From Terriglobia bacterium (GTDB lineage: Bacteria; Acidobacteriota; Terriglobia; Versatilivoradales; Versatilivoraceae), in assembly GCA_041476565.1 (NCBI GenBank), contig JBGOTQ010000002.1, forward strand, positions 773 to 64,772: a DNA stretch of 64,000 bases, read 5' to 3'. The stretch's first letter is position 1; every line of letters begins with the position of its first letter. The position numbers and the translations under genes were made by a program. Shown here in pieces: positions 10,301 to 19,871 of this stretch. Under the pieces are notes generated by a model. The model had not been told where the DNA came from and ran no database searches. It saw only the letters and a program-made list of their open reading frames with translations.

Positions 10301-11164
10301 TTCTTCCGCGATGTCGTTGACCCGCAGCAGGTTTTGTTTAGCCTGTTCCAGCCTGGATTCTGCCAGTTTGCGCTTGGATTTGAACTTGGTGATCCCGGCT
10401 GCCTCTTCAATAATGGCCCGCCGATCTGACGGCTTGGAACTGAGGATCATCCCCACACGCCCCTGTTCGATAATAGCGTAGGAATCCGGGCCCAGGCCCG
10501 TGCCCATGAAAATATCTTGGATATCACGGAGGCGGACCTGACGGCCGTTGATCAAATACTCACTCTCGCCTGAGCGGAAGAGGCGTCGGGAGATCACCAA
10601 TTCCCCCGGGGCGGTCTGAACCTTGAGACGGCGCTTCCGGCCAGTAGCTATGGCTGCACCGGTTTCGACGGTCAAGGCGGGATCAGTCGTTCCGGCTGAT
10701 TCTGCCTGCGGCTCCACGAGACTACCCGGATCGACCAAAGCAGTCGTAAGCTCCAGTAACTTGTTCTGAGGATTCTCCGATTCAGTGCTACCGGGCGGCA
10801 TCCGATAGCCGGCTTCCCTCAGCATCTCAGGGTCGACGAAAGTCAATGCGACTTCGGCCAAGCCCAGAGGCAGGCGCATCCGGGTACCGTTGAAGATCAC
10901 ATCCTCCATGCGGGCGCCTCGCAGTGACTTTGGGCTTTGTTCCCCGAGCACCCAGGCGATTGCATCCGATATGTTGCTTTTTCCGCAGCCGTTGGGCCCA
11001 ACGATGGCGGTAATCCCCTCACCCTTGAAGACCAGGTCGGTCTTGTCGGCAAAGGATTTAAAGCCTTGTATTTGAATCTTTTGGAGTTTTAGCAAGAGTC
11101 GAACCCAGATTTCAATTGGCGCAGGTACAGGCGACGGATCGTTTGATCGTCCTCTGAAGATCAA
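7319..11164 (-). CDS. smc: chromosome segregation protein SMC
   Basis: A Walker A motif (GPNGCGKSN) sits at the N-terminus, followed by long coiled coils, a hinge, and C-terminal LSGGEKAL and Walker B (DEVDAPLD) motifs. The true start is probably the TTG at 11096 (MLKLQKIQIQGFKSF), not the first ORF start. Confidence 0.95.
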   Translation of the reverse strand: MIFRGRSNDPSPVPAPIEIWVRLLLKLQKIQIQGFKSFADKTDLVFKGEGITAIVGPNGCGKSNISDAIAWVLGEQSPKSLRGARMEDVIFNGTRMRLPLGLAEVALTFVDPEMLREAGYRMPPGSTESENPQNKLLELTTALVDPGSLVEPQAESAGTTDPALTVETGAAIATGRKRRLKVQTAPGELVISRRLFRSGESEYLINGRQVRLRDIQDIFMGTGLGPDSYAIIEQGRVGMILSSKPSDRRAIIEEAAGITKFKSKRKLAESRLEQAKQNLLRVNDIAEEVSKQLNSLKRQAARARRYGELREKMRDISRRLFVAREMNLQALIRQNDQVLRNITEQYRRQHQEILDEENAYRQNNLALLQKDDQLKQLREQLALLNVELERAQQRVQYQREQLRDLESRSQENSLEIERLHQQEQVYLEEFDQKQKALLEANGTFDRVQFEFQAQNSFSQGLQIRIQELESSDDQYRSQLLDSVGRAAALRNQLVQLDELEKRFQQQIARLKAEKAETVASQELMAGDLEASRQQFEQHSRRLKHLRETGTVLAQKLSELKSQEASIVEGLSDRKEKFSASSHRLESLNELAAHHAYSTEAVRVLLAAANDAAGDGFRTSGILADLVEVDPPYEATVEDFLKQELEYLLVEHASEAAGGISLLRKKGAGKSTFLLWGNGGKGVLADWEAQVSELAQQEASAIPLTTIVKFPEPIRTAAHEALPHLRQAFIVPNYQRAWELAQIYPQLIFLTAEGEMVRGRLISGGGRTSGGHLSLKREIRELNRRVDSLRKEIAVKEEALQILRQSIQSVEAEFNDVRDQTQELDKALVGSELQVKQLESELDRLTRREELARLELQRIEGETIQIREQKAQHEKEITATDAAKNEIENLIAEQQSSLRQLKDQASQDSQTLSELRSDLATFKERKLSAENELNRLAASLKECQDRVSRLEAQKASWLQQIKDISESSRNTEEEAFRQSVQKASLEADIRGRENELAETRTIQAGLEQELQQLRTALETTQDEKTQLEIGHAKLASDFEHLQQACLDETGVVLTEICSPECAVLSEEDFHQLEQEHLDLKSRIEGIGPVNMMALEEYQECDQRFRFLTTQRQDLLDSIDDTNAAIKEIDQVSREQFREAFNAINANFQESFKSLFGGGHGEMKLLDEQDELESGIEIIAQPPGKRLQNVLLLSGGEKALTAVALLLAVFRYQPSPFCVLDEVDAPLDEVNISRFSQMIQLMSAGTQFVVITHNKRTMEVADTLYGVTMQEAGVSKLVSVQFE

Positions 11165-11585
11165 CGCAGTCTAGCACGGTTTTTAAATGGGTGCAAAGCG
11201 GTTGCGTCAGAGGCACTAGAGGGGGGGGTGGACAAGAAAATTGTGGGCTATAGGGTCGATACTCCGCATCGACCGCAGCCGATGACGAGACATCTGCCCC
11301 AACTGCTAACATGGCGGGGAAGAACCCTCGTCGCAAAATGGTCCCACAAATTTGTCACACGCCTCCTTGGGATTGAACCGATCAAGACTAACGCACAGAT
11401 CGGGTATCGACAGAATTTTTCTTTCCATTTTCTACTCTTGTGCTAAAATAAAAAACAGGATTGTTGGCCGTGTTTGCCTGATGCGGCAGGACTTAGTTTA
11501 GGTTGTCTGCCAAGCAACTTAAAGGATTGTTCCTGCGTCTAACGGTTAGCGTCTATGGAAATGTGCCGCCCGTTTTGGAGAGTCA

Positions 11586-13106
11586 ATGAATCCGATTGAA
11601 GAACAACGAACCTATGTGGAGTTTCTGGAATCCGCTGTTGAGGAGGCCAGAAGCTCAGGGAGTCTTGAACGGATAGATGGGCTGGAGAAACTGCTGAAAG
11701 AGGCGCGTTGGGAATATGCCCGCCTGAAAGTTAGCCTTCAGTCTGGACCAGTGACCAGGAGTCTGGAGAGTCTTGAAGTACCCCCGGCAAAGCCTCCTTT
11801 GGTCTCTCCTCCTCCATCGGGACCTGGAAACAAGGGATTGGAGGTCGCGGGGACGCTTCCCCTTGAGCCTCCTGTGATAGTCCAATCTGTTCCCAGGAGC
11901 ATAGCACTGGAAGGGCCTTCGGGGTCTGCACAATCGTCAGATTTTGAGGTCAAACTGACCTATGAATGGGAGCCTCGCTACAAAATACTCCTTAACAATC
12001 TGAAAGCGGCTTTCTCTCACGAAGTCAAAGTCTATCAAGTCAGCGCCCATCCGATAGAAACCAACCTGATCCTGGAGTCTCAGCCCTGGTACAAATCGCT
12101 CGTTAACAACGTCAAGGCGATTTTTTCTCCGGAAAAGAAAGACTATTCCAGGATCACCTCGCGACCCATTAGCACGAATCTAATCATTGAGGCCACTCCC
12201 TGGTACCTGGACATATTTTCGCAATTGAAGTCCCTGTTTTTCAAAACGGAAAAGCCAGCTATTGAAATCACCGCTCAGCCCGTTGAAGTTGAAGACATTT
12301 TCAAGGAGTACAAGTTTCGTTCCAGTTCGGTGCTTTTCTCAACGATGCTGCATGTTGTGGGATTAGTGGGAATACTGTTCTTCCCAATGTACCTCCTGCA
12401 CAATGCTGCCAATTCCAAGAAGCTAGAGGGGCCTGAGGTTTTACTTGAGCCTGCGAACCTTTTGCTTCCCCCCAGTTCCGAGAAGGCAGGCGGTGGTGGC
12501 GGCGGCGGACGCCGTGATCCCACCCCGGCCTCCCAGGGCCGTTTGCCGCGCCCTTCAACTATCCAGTTGACTCCGCCGACTCCCAAACTAGTAAACCTGG
12601 ATCCGATTCTTCCGGCAGAGCCCACAGTGATTGTGCCTCAGTTGGCCCAGTTACCTTCGCTCAATCTGCCCAACTATGGTGACCCGAACGGAATCCCGGG
12701 ACCCCCGTCAAGCGGTCCAGGTACAGGGGGAGGAATTGGGACAGGAACTGGTGGAGGTGTGGGTCCCGGCAAAGGGGGCGGTGTGGGACCTGGCGAAGGT
12801 GGTGGAATTGGGGGAGGAGTCTACCGGGTTGGTGGCGGAGTTACTCCACCCACTGTCGTATTCCGGGTGGAACCCACTTATTCGGAAGAGGCCCGCAAAG
12901 CCAAGTACCAGGGGGTTGTGGTGCTTTCCGCGATTGTTCGAAAGGACGGCACGATTGAAATCCTCAAAGTGGTTCGGGGCCTCGGTCTGGGTTTGGATGA
13001 GAACGCAATTCAAGCCCTGAAACAGTGGAAGTTTCGCCCCGGTATGAGGAACGGTGCTCCAGTGGATGTCGCTTTGAACATCGAGGTCAATTTCTCCCTG
13101 CGATAG
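11586..13106 (+). CDS. TonB C-terminal domain protein with a long N-terminal cytoplasmic extension
   Basis: The C-terminal ~90 aa are a canonical TonB_C domain (YQGVVVLSAIVRKDG...KFRPG). Upstream of it are a Gly/Pro-rich linker and one TM helix. Before the TM helix lie ~240 aa containing three tandem repeats of ~37 aa (PWY..L.NN.KA.FS.E.K.Y....PI.TNLI.E). Confidence 0.75.
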   Translation: MNPIEEQRTYVEFLESAVEEARSSGSLERIDGLEKLLKEARWEYARLKVSLQSGPVTRSLESLEVPPAKPPLVSPPPSGPGNKGLEVAGTLPLEPPVIVQSVPRSIALEGPSGSAQSSDFEVKLTYEWEPRYKILLNNLKAAFSHEVKVYQVSAHPIETNLILESQPWYKSLVNNVKAIFSPEKKDYSRITSRPISTNLIIEATPWYLDIFSQLKSLFFKTEKPAIEITAQPVEVEDIFKEYKFRSSSVLFSTMLHVVGLVGILFFPMYLLHNAANSKKLEGPEVLLEPANLLLPPSSEKAGGGGGGGRRDPTPASQGRLPRPSTIQLTPPTPKLVNLDPILPAEPTVIVPQLAQLPSLNLPNYGDPNGIPGPPSSGPGTGGGIGTGTGGGVGPGKGGGVGPGEGGGIGGGVYRVGGGVTPPTVVFRVEPTYSEEARKAKYQGVVVLSAIVRKDGTIEILKVVRGLGLGLDENAIQALKQWKFRPGMRNGAPVDVALNIEVNFSLR

Positions 13107-13165
13107 TCCTTCAGGTTCTGGATTGTCTTGATCTCCCTTCCAAAGCAGGAGCCTTGACGGAGGCC

Positions 13166-13948
13166 CTACTCTTTTTTGAGCCCCTTGAATGCCGCGGAGA
13201 TTCCCAGAAGGCAGATAACGACAAGCCAAACGGGAACTTGCTGGTTCGCCTCGATCCATGGCACAAAGTTCCGCAGTGGGTCATTAAGCAGAAGGATTCC
13301 TCCTGCATTAACTCCAAAGTGCGTGACGATGGCTGGGTAGAGGGTGCCGGTGCGAACCACCAGGGCCGCCAACACAGATCCTGCCGCGGCGGCGACGAGG
13401 AATCGGCTTGGATCTTGATGGAAAAAACCAAACATCACGGAAGTTATCAGGATTGACTGCGAAGTTGATCCTGCTTGAAGAAACCGGTCGAAAAGAAAAC
13501 CGCGAAAACAAAACTCCTCGCACAAGGCTGGGACCAGCGCTAGGGAAATCAACAACAGGAAGAGGTGGGAGGTCGAATCTGCTTTCACCAGGGCTTGTGT
13601 TTGGCGGCTAACCTCCAAGGTCTCCGGGATAACACAGGATTGCAAGGCCTCAATCTCGTCGAGGAGGAAAATCAGGCACAGCGAGGCAAACCCGCTCAGC
13701 AATGCGTTACGCCAGGAAAACGTTTTCCGCTTGAAGACTGGCAATGGGGTCACCCTTTGGGCCCAACTGAAAGCCAGAGGAAACCCCGCAACGACCATTA
13801 ACTGTAAAGCCGCCGAGATCAAAAAGCCCTGCCTGGATTGAACTGGGGAAGCGGCCAGCAATGAAACGAGCCAGACAGCGGAATAAACTGCGAATCCCTG
13901 AACTTTGGGAATAGAAAAAACCCCATGCTCGAATAACGGTCTTTTCAT
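13166..13948 (-). CDS. CPBP-family intramembrane metalloprotease (CAAX protease/Abi)
   Basis: The EEFCFRG (EExxxR) and FGFFH (FxxxH) motifs are present within multiple TM helices. Confidence 0.75.
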   Translation of the reverse strand: MKRPLFEHGVFSIPKVQGFAVYSAVWLVSLLAASPVQSRQGFLISAALQLMVVAGFPLAFSWAQRVTPLPVFKRKTFSWRNALLSGFASLCLIFLLDEIEALQSCVIPETLEVSRQTQALVKADSTSHLFLLLISLALVPALCEEFCFRGFLFDRFLQAGSTSQSILITSVMFGFFHQDPSRFLVAAAAGSVLAALVVRTGTLYPAIVTHFGVNAGGILLLNDPLRNFVPWIEANQQVPVWLVVICLLGISAAFKGLKKE

Positions 13949-13963
13949 TGTGGAATCCGGGAT

Positions 13964-14794
13964 TCAGTTTTTACCGGGATGCGAATCGCTGGCTGAGCCG
14001 GACGGGTCCTGGAATAGCCCGGGGTCAAGATTGGGGTCGTACTGGACACTGTTGAGGATAAGTCGTGATGTCTTATGTCCTTGCGTGGAAAGAATCTCGG
14101 CTGGAATCTTGAGACCGCCTTTTTCCTCGTACCGAAGGTAGCGTTCTTCGCCTTTCAAGATCCCTTTCCCCTTGGGAGACTCCTTTTCGGTCTCGTACTC
14201 GTAACGGTAGATGAGATGGGTGGTGGAGTCAAACGAGAGCCGGCCTCGAACATACTCCCCAGCCAAAAAACCGGAGACCTCGACGAAGTCCAGGGTCTTA
14301 CCATCCTCATGGGCTTGCCCAGTATATCGGTGCTTGGGAAAAGAAACCAGTAGAAGGTCCGGTCGCATCTGGACCACCATCCCGATTCTCATCGGATCAA
14401 TCTCTTTCCTGGGCAAACTTAGCACCGAATTACCCACCTTCACCCAGCCGCTGTTTCCATTTATGATAGTGACAGCTTCCAGACCGTCTCCTTTGGCTTC
14501 GGAACGAAAAAGGGTATCCGTTTTGAAACAGGCTTTGAGATTAATGGGCTTATCCCCAGAAGCCCCCACAGACTCGACTTGGTAGTCATAGCATCCGTCT
14601 TGCAGGGAAAGGATTTTTGACTCACCCCCATAAGCGATGGCCGACTGTCGGAAGAGTTCCGCGGACTTTTCTACCGGCGGGTTGGAAGGGGCAACCTGGG
14701 CCTGTGCCTCCGGCGTCACTTCGGACCAGGCGAACTGATATAGGAGAAAGAGGCCCGCGAGGCGGGTGCCTCGAAGCAATGTGGATTGGGTCAT
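13964..14794 (-). CDS. secreted protein of unknown function, possibly an outer-membrane lipoprotein-sorting (LolA-like) fold
   Basis: It has an N-terminal signal peptide and no recognised catalytic motifs. Confidence 0.4.
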   Translation of the reverse strand: MTQSTLLRGTRLAGLFLLYQFAWSEVTPEAQAQVAPSNPPVEKSAELFRQSAIAYGGESKILSLQDGCYDYQVESVGASGDKPINLKACFKTDTLFRSEAKGDGLEAVTIINGNSGWVKVGNSVLSLPRKEIDPMRIGMVVQMRPDLLLVSFPKHRYTGQAHEDGKTLDFVEVSGFLAGEYVRGRLSFDSTTHLIYRYEYETEKESPKGKGILKGEERYLRYEEKGGLKIPAEILSTQGHKTSRLILNSVQYDPNLDPGLFQDPSGSASDSHPGKN

Positions 14795-14801
14795 CTGGCG
14801 G

Positions 14802-15791
14802 CTAGGATTTTGGAGCGTAATACCCTTTCTTGGCCCGCACCTTGAGGCTCTTCTGGTTCTGAACTGAGACTTTCAGGGCACGATAACTTCCATCCCGAGC
14901 TTGATTCGTCGATCGGTAGGCGAGGCTATACTGGCTCCGTAGCTCTTCCTGAATCTGGTCGAAGGCCTTCTTAAACTCTTGCGGCTTCGAGGGGAAAAAC
15001 GCTCTCCCTCCGGTCACTTCCGCGTATTTTTTAAGCGTTGAGTCATCTCCTTCGTAGCCCATGCCCACGGGGCCCATTCCGAAACTAAATCCCCCTCTGG
15101 TTCGGTTCGAGATAGCAAAAATAATCACGTCTGCACGCTGTGCCGATTCCACAGCCTCTTTCATTTTGAGTTTGCTCGTGGTATCGGCGCCATCGCTGAG
15201 GAGTATGATGGATTTTCGGCCGGTCTCCTCTTTCAGCTTCTCATCGCAAGCCAGATAAACGGCATCGTGGATGGATGTTCCAGAGCCAATTGATATAGAC
15301 TGAATGGCCTTTTCCAGCCGTCGCAGCTCGGTTGTGAAATCCTGCAACAACGTCACGCTCCGGTCGAAATTCATAAGGAGAGCCAGATCTTCCTTCCGCA
15401 AAACCGACTCCAAGAATTCCATGGCCGTGCGTTTTTCTAAGCCAATTATTGGTTCAACGCTGGGACTGCTGTCGATCAGGATGGCCAAAGTTAGCGGCAA
15501 AGTGACTTCTTTGGAAAAGTATTCCACCTTTTGTCGCTTTCCATCCTCTTCAACAACAAAGTCATCCTTGTTGAGATTGGTAATGAGGCGGCCATTATTA
15601 TCGCTGATGGTGAACAGCACATTGACGAGATCTACTCTCACCCGGAGAGTTGTCTGATCATCCTTTTGTCCCTGGGTTTCTGCAAAGGTTTGAACGCCGC
15701 CAGTTAACCATAGGAAAATGGGCATTAAGGCTAACAACCCGCAGAGGCGAGGAAGTTTTAGATGAGAGTTATTTCCTTCAGGAGATTTCAC
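14802..15791 (-). CDS. von Willebrand factor A (VWA) domain protein, secreted
   Basis: A signal peptide is followed by a MIDAS-like DxSxS motif (IDSSPSVEP) and a later LLSDGADT. Confidence 0.75.
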   Translation of the reverse strand: MKSPEGNNSHLKLPRLCGLLALMPIFLWLTGGVQTFAETQGQKDDQTTLRVRVDLVNVLFTISDNNGRLITNLNKDDFVVEEDGKRQKVEYFSKEVTLPLTLAILIDSSPSVEPIIGLEKRTAMEFLESVLRKEDLALLMNFDRSVTLLQDFTTELRRLEKAIQSISIGSGTSIHDAVYLACDEKLKEETGRKSIILLSDGADTTSKLKMKEAVESAQRADVIIFAISNRTRGGFSFGMGPVGMGYEGDDSTLKKYAEVTGGRAFFPSKPQEFKKAFDQIQEELRSQYSLAYRSTNQARDGSYRALKVSVQNQKSLKVRAKKGYYAPKS

Positions 15792-16043
15792 TTGGATTCC
15801 CTTTGAACTTCGGCTCTTGGGTCAACCTGGCCTTCCACACTCGTGTCAACAATTATAGGCAAACTCCCGAATTTCCGCAAACAAAGGTGCCATCGGATCA
15901 TGATTGTCTCCATTTGTTAGAACCAGCTTTTGTACAGAAAGTTTCCTGAGGACGGAATTAAATCCTCTCCAAAGCCTTATTTTGTGCTGCGGGTCTGCTT
16001 GGAGTAAAATTCAAATTGGAGGTATCCTCAAGGGGTTTCTTGC

Positions 16044-16325
16044 TTGGCTCGGCTTGGGCGGTCTGCTCTTGAATTTCGCGCGTTCTCAAGCCTCGAGCCG
16101 ATTCGAGTGAATCTCGAGAAGGAGGAGACCGTGATCGAGGCTGTAGGCCTCGCGACCCAGTCAATCTGGCTGGGAGAAACCAGTCTGGTGATGGCGGGGG
16201 GAATGGAATCCATGACCAACGCCCCCTACATTCTGCCACAGGCGAGGAGTGGTTTGCGACTAGGGCACGGCAATGCCCCCAGGACCAACGACGTAGAAGA
16301 AAATCACCAGTTTGCGGGAGGCTGA
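16044..16325 (+). pseudogene. Relic of a thiolase (acetyl-CoA C-acetyltransferase) gene
   Basis: The translation [45 protein letters not shown] aligns with the thiolase core (..[30 protein letters not shown]...AR.G.RMG). The catalytic-Cys region upstream is degenerate, and the ORF stops after about 90 aa. Confidence 0.5.
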
Positions 16326-16572
16326 GACAAGAATGGGTGAGTGGCAACCTTTCCCTCCTCAGTTCGGTTGCTTGCGCTCTGGGCCAAGTGCCTTCTGACG
16401 CGCATTCCCCGCGCCTGGGGTTTTGCTCTTTCCAAAACAGGATCCGTATACTAGAATCCGGTTGAGCATGCGGGTCAGTTGAGTCGAGGGGATAACATCC
16501 GGCTAGCGGTGGTAGGAGGTCGGCACCCGGCGCTTCTGGTGCTGAGTTGTTCCGGAGTCCCAGGGGATTGAA

Positions 16573-17817
16573 TTGATAGGAAACTCGTTCGAGATGATTC
16601 TCTGTCAAAAATGTGGAGCAGTTAACAGAATAGGCGAAGAGAGCTGCCAGAAGTGTGGTTGCAGGCTGATGATCATCTCCTACGCTGATCAACAGAATAG
16701 TCCATTGCCCGCTTGGGAAGAGCATCTGCTGGAACGGATCAGTTCGCTGGAATACAGCGTAGGCCGTCTGGATGAGCGGCTCACCGAGATTCATGACCTG
16801 GTTCACCAGCTGGCGACCGAGAGCTTTTATGACCATACCATGATTGAATCCATTGCCGGAGCCCTGAAGCGCATGCAGATCGTCGGGAAGCGGGAATTGG
16901 AGAATGATTGGCAACAGCGGGTAGCCCGGCGTCTCATTGAGAGTGAGGAACGTGAACGGTTCGAGGCCAGAAAGAAGGACTTCCTCAATGCCTTTCGGGG
17001 TAAGGATAAGAAACTGTTTGTCAAGCTGATTGATGAAAGCAGCCAGTGCTTTGTACGGAGGAACTATCAGCGTGCTCTCCGGGCTCTGGAGAAGGCGCTA
17101 GCAGTTGATCCGCAGAATTGTGAAGTGGGGGTTTTTCTCGGGAAAGTCTATTACGAGTTTGAGAACTTTTCCAGTGCCGGGAAGTGCCTGCGTTGTGTTT
17201 TAAGATTCAATCCACATCATTTTGAGGCTAATCTTCTCGCTGGTCTGCTGGCCAAACACCGAGGGGAATTCGACAGGGCCAGGAAGCACCTGACCAATGC
17301 TGCAGACATCGGTCGGACCTCGCCGGCGGCCCACTTGTTGTTGGGATCGGTATTACTAACACAGGGAGAGGATCATCTGGCGCTCACTCATTTTTCGCAG
17401 GCCCTCAATTTGAAACCCTCTCCCCAAATGTACCTTCTGGTGGGTACCATTTATTCCCGCCAGGGGAAATTGAGCACTGCCATCAAGCACATCGAGAAAG
17501 CTATCGAGATGGATCCGCGTTGTGACGAAGCTTTCTTCCAGTTAGGATTGGCCTTCTGGGGGCACAACTGGCGCAAGAAGGCCAAAGAATGCTTCAAGAA
17601 GGCAATTCATCTAAATCCCAAGGAATTTCGCTACAAGAGTGCGCTGGACCTGTTCGTCAAGAATTCGAGAAGTGGCAACCCTCCCCCGGGTGAACGAGTC
17701 AATGAGGATTTGAGTGACAGGAACATTGAGTTCCTGGTAAAGCATGAGCTCCGACTGGACTTTCTCCGCACGCGGGAAGATTTTACTCGCTTGGAAGAAG
17801 GCTCGGACAAGAAATAG
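16573..17817 (+). CDS. TPR-repeat protein with an N-terminal zinc-ribbon
   Basis: The motif CQKCGAVN...CQKCGC is followed by several TPR units. Confidence 0.7.
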   Translation: MIGNSFEMILCQKCGAVNRIGEESCQKCGCRLMIISYADQQNSPLPAWEEHLLERISSLEYSVGRLDERLTEIHDLVHQLATESFYDHTMIESIAGALKRMQIVGKRELENDWQQRVARRLIESEERERFEARKKDFLNAFRGKDKKLFVKLIDESSQCFVRRNYQRALRALEKALAVDPQNCEVGVFLGKVYYEFENFSSAGKCLRCVLRFNPHHFEANLLAGLLAKHRGEFDRARKHLTNAADIGRTSPAAHLLLGSVLLTQGEDHLALTHFSQALNLKPSPQMYLLVGTIYSRQGKLSTAIKHIEKAIEMDPRCDEAFFQLGLAFWGHNWRKKAKECFKKAIHLNPKEFRYKSALDLFVKNSRSGNPPPGERVNEDLSDRNIEFLVKHELRLDFLRTREDFTRLEEGSDKK

Positions 17818-17894
17818 TACGGGGTTCGCCGGAACGCACTGGTAGGGGTTTATCGCTTAAGCACATTTCATTCTTAATAATCTGTAGAGGAAAC

Positions 17895-18971
17895 ATGGCC
17901 GACGAAAAGACAGAACGAGGCAGGGCAATTGAGCTGGCTTTATCGCAGATCGAAAAGCAGTTTGGAAAAGGGTCAATTATGCGGCTGGGCAGCCGCGAAT
18001 CAATTGCCAGTATCGGGATTATTCCCACCGGGTCCTTGGCCTTTGATGCGGCCTTGGGGGTGGGTGGCATGCCGCGAGGGCGCGTCATTGAAATCTTTGG
18101 GCCTGAATCCAGCGGCAAAACAACTCTGGCGCTCCATGTTATTGCTCAAGCCCAAAAAACAGGGGGCATGGCCGCCTTTGTGGATGCCGAGCATGCTTTG
18201 GATGCTGCTTACGCCCGCAAGTTGGGTGTGGATATTGACAATCTGCTTGTTTCACAACCAGACAGCGGCGAGCAGGCTCTAGAGATTGCGGAAATGCTGG
18301 TTCGCAGCGGCGCCCTCGACGTTTGCGTCGTAGACTCTGTAGCCGCGTTGGTTCCCAGGGCCGAGCTTGAAGGTGAGATGGGGGATGCTCATATGGGATT
18401 GCAGGCTCGCCTGATGTCCCAGGCCTTGCGCAAGCTGACCGGCATTGTTTCCAAGTCCCGGACCTGCATGATCTTCATTAACCAGATCCGCGAGAAGATT
18501 GGTATTTTGTTTGGGAATCCCGAAACCACCACTGGAGGGCGCGCTCTGAAGTTCTATGCCTCAGTGCGAGTAGATGTCCGCCGGGTGGCCTCAATCAAAG
18601 ATGGAGACGAGGTCACGGGAAGCCGGACCAAAGTCAAAATCGTGAAGAACAAGGTGGCGCCGCCGTTCCGGGAAGCCGAATTCGACATTATGTATGGGGA
18701 GGGAATTTCCAGAGAGGGGGATATGATCGATCTGGGTGTGGACAAAGGAATCATTGAAAAAACCGGAGCCTGGTTTTCGTACCGTGGCGAACGGCTGGGA
18801 CAGGGGCGCGAAAATGTGAAGCAGTTCCTGAAAGAAAATCAGGACATTCGCCTCCAGATCGAAGAAGACTTACGGAAGGCACTGAATATCGCTCTGGGGT
18901 CTGACCATGAAGCTACGGCCGCATCTCCCCCCGAACCGGTAGCTCCCAGGACGAAGGCCAGCCGGGGATAA
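17895..18971 (+). CDS. recA: recombinase RecA
   Basis: The Walker A motif GPESSGKTT, the L1/L2 regions and RecA-like similarity along the whole length are present. Confidence 0.97.
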   Translation: MADEKTERGRAIELALSQIEKQFGKGSIMRLGSRESIASIGIIPTGSLAFDAALGVGGMPRGRVIEIFGPESSGKTTLALHVIAQAQKTGGMAAFVDAEHALDAAYARKLGVDIDNLLVSQPDSGEQALEIAEMLVRSGALDVCVVDSVAALVPRAELEGEMGDAHMGLQARLMSQALRKLTGIVSKSRTCMIFINQIREKIGILFGNPETTTGGRALKFYASVRVDVRRVASIKDGDEVTGSRTKVKIVKNKVAPPFREAEFDIMYGEGISREGDMIDLGVDKGIIEKTGAWFSYRGERLGQGRENVKQFLKENQDIRLQIEEDLRKALNIALGSDHEATAASPPEPVAPRTKASRG

Positions 18972-19040
18972 GGTTTCGGGAGACTGGTTCTCAGTGGCTG
19001 GAAGTCTGCGACTTGCTCACAATGCCTTATCTCCTGTTAT

Positions 19041-19210
19041 GAAGATGCAAGTTTTGGTAGCCACGACAAACCGCTTTTGGTTTGTCGTGGGCTTTTGACC
19101 ACGTATGAAAAGCCCACGACGAATTCAGAGTACGAATTCATCGTGGCTACCCCTGCCATGCGGGCTTGAAGGTGGGCGCTGCGCGACGGCTGTCGCTCCG
19201 TCCCGGCGCT
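19041..19210. repeat. Composite structured repeat, copy II. It consists of an A module (19049-19158, closed by ggtagccacg/cgtggctacc with two internal hairpins) and a B module (19164-19208).
   Basis: The conserved single-stranded blocks agttttggtagccacg, gaaaagcccacga and atcgtggctacccctgcca are shared with copy IV. The internal stems differ in sequence from copy IV but remain complementary. Confidence 0.7.
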
Positions 19211-19871
19211 TCTCTCGTGCCAGTTTGAGAAAGCGGCGGACGTGGGAGACAGGTCCGTGCTACCGTAGGAGCTTGGCGAAAACTCAGCGCAGAAGTTCGG
19301 GGAGGGGCCATTTTCCGGCTGAACCCCAAAAATCCAATTAGGCATATTTTCCCGTTGGTGGTCTTTACTAGATCGGCAATGTATGATCGAGACTTATAGA
19401 ATTTATGACCCAGTTGGTACTTTGGTCTAGAACACCCTAGACTAGAATAGTTTCTGACTTTCAGTTACTCCTCTAAGCAGCCTTGATTGAACGCTCTACC
19501 CTGTTCACAAACCCTTTCATCCTCTCCCTCTTCCTTAGCTTACTGGCAGGGGCCCTGGCCCTGTTCCCGATCTCATCCTACGATACTTGGTGGATCTTAG
19601 CCCCTGGCGAGAGAATGCTGGAGACCCGAGAGCTTCTAAGGTCCGGTATTGGGTCATGGACACGTGACGTGCGTCAACCCCTTATGTTTATCACGGCTGG
19701 ATGTTCGCCATTCTCACTGCCTTCAGCCACCGGCTTGCAGGAGACTGAAGCTTAATTCTCCTGAGGTCCTCGCTGGGCAGTATTTCAGCGTGAAAAAGAA
19801 CGGCCGCTATTGTCTGTTCGTGAAAGCCGGTTAGGATAAGGTCAGGGTGGTAATTTGTCGATTTTAATGAC

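Noticed and set aside
15958-16914. A 318-aa minus-strand ORF between the VWA and TPR genes.
   Set aside because: It overlaps both the thiolase relic on the opposite strand and the start of the well-supported TPR gene. It is low-complexity and Pro/Ser/Arg-rich with no recognisable domain, so it is probably spurious.
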